The position numbers and the translations under genes were made by a program. The notes below the pieces were generated by a model that was given only the letters and a program-made list of their open reading frames with translations, was not told the origin of the DNA and made no database searches. Shown here one piece after another: positions 60,631 to 64,000 of a stretch of DNA of 64,000 nt. The stretch is from Candidatus Uhrbacteria bacterium (GTDB taxonomy: Bacteria > Patescibacteriota > Patescibacteriia > SG8-24): NCBI GenBank assembly GCA_016929435.1, contig JAFGIV010000006.1, forward strand, positions 8,071-72,070, in the 5' to 3' direction. Within the stretch, counting starts at the first letter, position 1, and each line of letters starts with the position of its first letter.

Positions 60631-62538
60631 CTATACCTCGATGATCACCGGCAGCACCATCGGCCTCCGTTCCGTGGCCTTGAAAAGGAAGGCCCCGATC
60701 TCGTTGCGGACCTTGTTTTTGAGGTGTTCCTCAAAGGCCGGACCCTGGGGATTGTTGTCCTTCAGGACGCGCCGGACCCGGTCCCTGGCCTGGTTGATCA
60801 GTTCCTTGTTCTCCCTCATGTAGACGAAACCGCGGGAGATGATGTCCGGGGAACCGACCAGCTTGCCGGTGCGTTTCTCTACGGTGGCGATGATCACGAA
60901 GATCCCGTCCTCGGCCAGCATCCGCCGGTCGCGCAGGACGACCTCGGATACGTCACCGACACCCAGGCCGTCCACCATCACGTAGTCGGTATCCACCTTG
61001 GTCTTCGTGAGCTGCCCGCCCTTGGCGTCGAACTCGATCACCTGGCCGTTCTCTGCGACGAGGATCCGCTCGTCCGGGATGCCGACTTCCCGGGCCAATT
61101 CGGCGTGGGCTTCCAGCATGAAGCGGTTTCCGTGGGCCGGGATCAGGTATTTCGGCTTGATCAGGCGCATCATCAGCTTCAGGTCCTCCTGTTTGGCGTG
61201 GCCGCCGGCGTGGACGTCCAGGTTCTTGTAGTGGAAGATGTGGGCCCCCTGCCGGACCAGGGTGTCCTTCAGGTTCTGGACGGTCCTCTCGTTTCCCGGG
61301 ATGACCGAGGACGAGAAGACCACGCTGTCGCCTTTCCTGATCTGGAAGACGCGGTGCTCCTTGTTGGCGATCCTCATCAGGGCGGCGTTCTTTTCCCCCT
61401 GGGCGCCGGTGCAGACTACGGCTATCTGGTGGTCGGCCAGGTGTTTGGCGGACTTGTCGTCCACGATCGTTCCCGGTTTCATCTTAAGGTATCCCAGGGA
61501 ATGGGCCAGCTCGATGATGTTCTTCATGCTCCGGCCCTCGACGATCACCTTCCGGCCGTACTTTTCCGACAGGGTGATGATCTGCTGGACCCGGGTCAGG
61601 AGGGATGAGAAGGTGCCGATTATCAGCCGCCCCTTGACCTTCTGGAATATGTCGTCCATTTCCGCCCCCACCTGCCGTTCCGACATCTGGTATCCGGGGC
61701 TTTCGGCGTTGGTGGAATCGGACATCATGGCCAGGACGCCCTTGGTGCCGAATTGCGCGATATACGGGAGGTCGGCCGGTTCGTCCATCACCGGGGTGAA
61801 GTCGAACTTGAAGTCCCCGGTATAGATGATCGTCCCGTACGGGGTGTGGAGGGCCGAACCGAAGGCATCGGAGATGTTGTGGTTGACGTGGAACGGCTCG
61901 AATATGAAGTGCCTGCCGAGCCGGATTCTTTCCCCGGATTTCACCATCTGGATCCTCAGGTTACTCTCGTTGCGGAATTCCTCCTGCCTCTTCCTGATGA
62001 TGCCGGCGGTCAAGGGGGTGGTGAAGATCGTCGGCCACCCCAGTTTGGGCATGGTGAGCGGTATCCCCCCCACGTGGTCCATGTGGCCGTGGGTCACCAG
62101 CACGCCGCGGATGTTCTGTTCCTTCCCCTTCAGGGAGGAGATGTTGGGGATGATGTAGTCTATGCCCGGCATCCCTTCCTCCGGGAACATCAGGCCGATG
62201 TCTATGATGACGATGTCCGCCCCGCACTCGAAGACCGTGCAGTTGCGTCCGATTTCCTCCAGTCCGCCCAGGGCGTAGATCTTCAGTTTCGGCGCCAGGA
62301 CCTTTCCGTTCGGCGGTTCGACGGTCACCGGGGACGGGGTGATTGCGGGATTTTTTATGGGGTGCCCGACAGCGGCATTCGCCGGACGGGGGGGTTTGGC
62401 TCCGGTCGGTTGGCGCCGTTCCGCCGCCGGTCGGATCGGCCTTTTGGCGGTCGGCCTTTGGTATGTCCGGCGTGGGGCGGTCGGATCCGGTTTGGCTGCC
62501 GGGGGTGTGACCGGCGTGTTTTTGTTCTGTTCTGCCAT
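60631..62538 (-). CDS. rnj: Ribonuclease J (metallo-beta-lactamase/beta-CASP) with Pro/Ala-rich N-terminal extension
   Basis: IYALGGLEEIGRNCTVFE, VLVTHGHMDHVGGIP (HxHxDH), beta-CASP and RNase J C-terminal domain. Minus-strand promoter TTGACA-17-TAAAAA at about 62847-62881 gives an about 300-nt 5' UTR. Confidence 0.9.
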   Translation of the reverse strand: MAEQNKNTPVTPPAAKPDPTAPRRTYQRPTAKRPIRPAAERRQPTGAKPPRPANAAVGHPIKNPAITPSPVTVEPPNGKVLAPKLKIYALGGLEEIGRNCTVFECGADIVIIDIGLMFPEEGMPGIDYIIPNISSLKGKEQNIRGVLVTHGHMDHVGGIPLTMPKLGWPTIFTTPLTAGIIRKRQEEFRNESNLRIQMVKSGERIRLGRHFIFEPFHVNHNISDAFGSALHTPYGTIIYTGDFKFDFTPVMDEPADLPYIAQFGTKGVLAMMSDSTNAESPGYQMSERQVGAEMDDIFQKVKGRLIIGTFSSLLTRVQQIITLSEKYGRKVIVEGRSMKNIIELAHSLGYLKMKPGTIVDDKSAKHLADHQIAVVCTGAQGEKNAALMRIANKEHRVFQIRKGDSVVFSSSVIPGNERTVQNLKDTLVRQGAHIFHYKNLDVHAGGHAKQEDLKLMMRLIKPKYLIPAHGNRFMLEAHAELAREVGIPDERILVAENGQVIEFDAKGGQLTKTKVDTDYVMVDGLGVGDVSEVVLRDRRMLAEDGIFVIIATVEKRTGKLVGSPDIISRGFVYMRENKELINQARDRVRRVLKDNNPQGPAFEEHLKNKVRNEIGAFLFKATERRPMVLPVIIEV

Positions 62539-62901
62539 ATTCGGTCAGGTTGTGCGGGCGAGTGCCCTCTCTTTCGTGCGATAGCCCTGCCCTAAAGGGC
62601 AGTCGGCGTTGGATTCTGGTTCGCCGTCAAACGACGATGGCGGATTGCCTGCATGCCGGTGGCGGGGAGAAGGGGCGCAAAACAAAAGCGCCATCCGCCC
62701 GGCAGTCGGTCCATTCCTCGTTGTTTCGGATACGATTTCCAGGGATTCGGGTTCAACCGTTCGGTTGACTTCAAGTCTCCGGTATCGTCTTTTTCCCTCC
62801 CGTTGATTTGATTCTACCCCAAAAGGCCTTTTGGGCAAAATCCCGTTCCTGGATTTTTACCACGTTTTGGTGGGGGTGTCAAGGGTCGCTCCCCTTTTCT
62901 C

Positions 62902-62930
62902 TTGACGGCAAAAACGGGCCGTGGCAATAT
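62902..62930 (+). promoter_or_regulatory. Promoter of tRNA-Leu (TTGACG-17-CAATAT)
   Basis: -35 62902-62907, -10 62925-62930, about 20 nt before the tRNA 5' end. Confidence 0.45.
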
Positions 62931-62950
62931 TACTTCCGTGAACGGAATCC

Positions 62951-63036
62951 GCTGCGGTGGTGAAATGGCAGACACGCTAGCTTCAGGTGCTAGTGGGAGC
63001 AATCCCATGAGGGTTCAAGTCCCTCCCGCAGCACCA
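62951..63036 (+). tRNA. tRNA-Leu (anticodon CAG), class II with long variable arm
   Basis: GCTGCGGTGGTGAAATGGCAGACACGCTAGCTTCAGGTGCTAGTGGGAGCAATCCCATGAGGGTTCAAGTCCCTCCCGCAGCACCA: acceptor GCTGCGG/CCGCAGC, anticodon stem CTAGC/GCTAG with loop TTCAGGT, variable arm GGGA-GCAA-TCCC, T-arm GAGGG-TTCAAGT-CCCTC, CCA encoded. Confidence 0.9.
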
Positions 63037-63105
63037 TCAAGAGTCCGGTCAGGCGCAAGCCTGACGGGACTTTTGATTTTGGCCGCGCGAATGGGGGTTC
63101 CGGCC

Positions 63106-64000
63106 CTAACGCCAGACCCGTTTCGTCTTGACGTGCCAATCGGCAATGCCGGCGAATCGGTCGGACGGGGACATTATGGCGGCTGGGGTTATGCCCCTGA
63201 TTCGGCTGTTGATCATGTAGGAATAGGTGGGGTTGTATAGAAATACGGCCGGCGCTTCCCCTGTCAGCAGTTCCTGGAATTCGCTGTAGTAGGCCTCCCT
63301 CTGCCCCTCGTCGGTCGTCGTCCGACCCAGTTCCAGCAGCTCGTCGGATCGGCGGTGGCTGTAGGCGGACAGGTTGAGTCCCGGAGCGGCCTTTTGCGAG
63401 GAATGCCAGAACGGGTACGGATCGACATCCGGGCCGATGATTTCCCCGTAGATCAGCGCCTCGTATTCCCTGGGTCGGATACGGTCCTTCTGGATGCGGT
63501 TGGCGTCAACGGTATCCAATTCAACCTCGATTCCCAGCTGTTCCCAGTCTGCCTTGACCATTTGGGCCACGGCCAGGTTTTCCCTGGTGTTGGCCACGGT
63601 CAGGGTGACCTTCAGGGGTTGCCGGGTCACCTGGTCTCCCACCTTGGTTTCCTTTCCCCTCCGTCCCTCCTCGTCCAGGACATATCCCGCCTGGTCCAGG
63701 AGCTTGGCGGCCGCCTCCGGATCAAGTCCGTAGCTCTTGGCTCCCGGGCGGAAACCCGGGAATCGGGGAAGGATCGGTCCGTGTACCGCCACCCCCCGCC
63801 CGTCCAGGGCGTCTCGGAGTATGGCCGTCCGGTTGACCGCCAGGTTCAGGGCCTGGCGGATCTCCCTGGAACGGAGAATCGGGCTCTTGGATTGGTTCAG
63901 GAAGATTGCGGTGTATTGGGGCAGGCGGAGGGCATACTCGCGGATGGACCGGAGTCGGTCCAACGCTTCCCTGGATTCGGCCGGAACGAACCCCAAACCG
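63106..64000 (-). CDS. ABC transporter substrate-binding protein, family 5 (peptide/nickel); N-terminal part beyond the window end
   Basis: C-terminal SBP_bac_5-like sequence. Reading frame open to the window edge. Confidence 0.75.
   Translation of the reverse strand, partial: GLGFVPAESREALDRLRSIREYALRLPQYTAIFLNQSKSPILRSREIRQALNLAVNRTAILRDALDGRGVAVHGPILPRFPGFRPGAKSYGLDPEAAAKLLDQAGYVLDEEGRRGKETKVGDQVTRQPLKVTLTVANTRENLAVAQMVKADWEQLGIEVELDTVDANRIQKDRIRPREYEALIYGEIIGPDVDPYPFWHSSQKAAPGLNLSAYSHRRSDELLELGRTTTDEGQREAYYSEFQELLTGEAPAVFLYNPTYSYMINSRIRGITPAAIMSPSDRFAGIADWHVKTKRVWR

Noticed and set aside
1-64000. CRISPR arrays
   Set aside because: No run of 3 or more regularly spaced direct repeats of 24-48 nt was seen. 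The repeat families found here (R1-R3, RepX, att copies) occur only 2-3 times each, with irregular spacing and gene content between them.

Overview
High-GC (~60%) bacterial chromosome segment. Housekeeping genes are interleaved with cell-envelope polysaccharide clusters and several small low-GC, horizontally acquired islets.

Core genes I can support: tsaD-tsaE, valS, clpP, rplS-cmk-RluA-family pseudouridine synthase, rnhB, trpS, RNase J, rpmB, RNase P RNA (type A), and tRNA-Glu(TTC), tRNA-Pro(GGG), tRNA-Val(GAC) and tRNA-Leu(CAG). There is a CDP-sugar and glycosyltransferase locus: rfbF, a CDP-glucose 4,6-dehydratase-like gene, an RmlD-like reductase, two RmlC-like cupins, three GT2 genes, GT4 genes, and a WbaP-like initiating sugar transferase. 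Three sensor histidine kinases are present and none has an adjacent response regulator. Also present: an M19 dipeptidase, a DUF21/CBS (CNNM-like) protein, a VanW-family protein, Hsp20, a peptidase M50, an HD-domain protein, two DHH-family proteins (one with a degenerate DHH motif), and a DUF333 protein.

Accessory and mobile content:
- A ~4-5 kb low-GC island abuts tRNA-Glu. It has a 45-nt att-like direct repeat, secreted proteins, a pseudo-tRNA fragment, a decayed IS30-like transposase and a 5'-truncated pgeF.
- A defense/TA stretch carries HicAB, AbiEi/AbiEii, a solitary DpnI-like methyl-directed endonuclease, a PD-(D/E)XK nuclease and a NYN RNase. It is bounded by a duplicated promoter-plus-hairpin leader motif and a 57-nt duplication of the tRNA-Val 3' end.
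- A DUF559 gene is bracketed by perfect 34-bp inverted repeats, with two further related repeat copies nearby.
- An AT-rich islet after rnpB encodes an AAA_21 (RloA/AriA-like) ATPase plus a 163-aa Toprim-like partner. This is a compact PARIS/AbiL/RloAB-like candidate anti-phage module.

Other candidates: a 49-aa hyper-acidic ORF with its own promoter and terminator, a possible structured riboswitch-like leader, and an orphan promoter-terminator sRNA unit.
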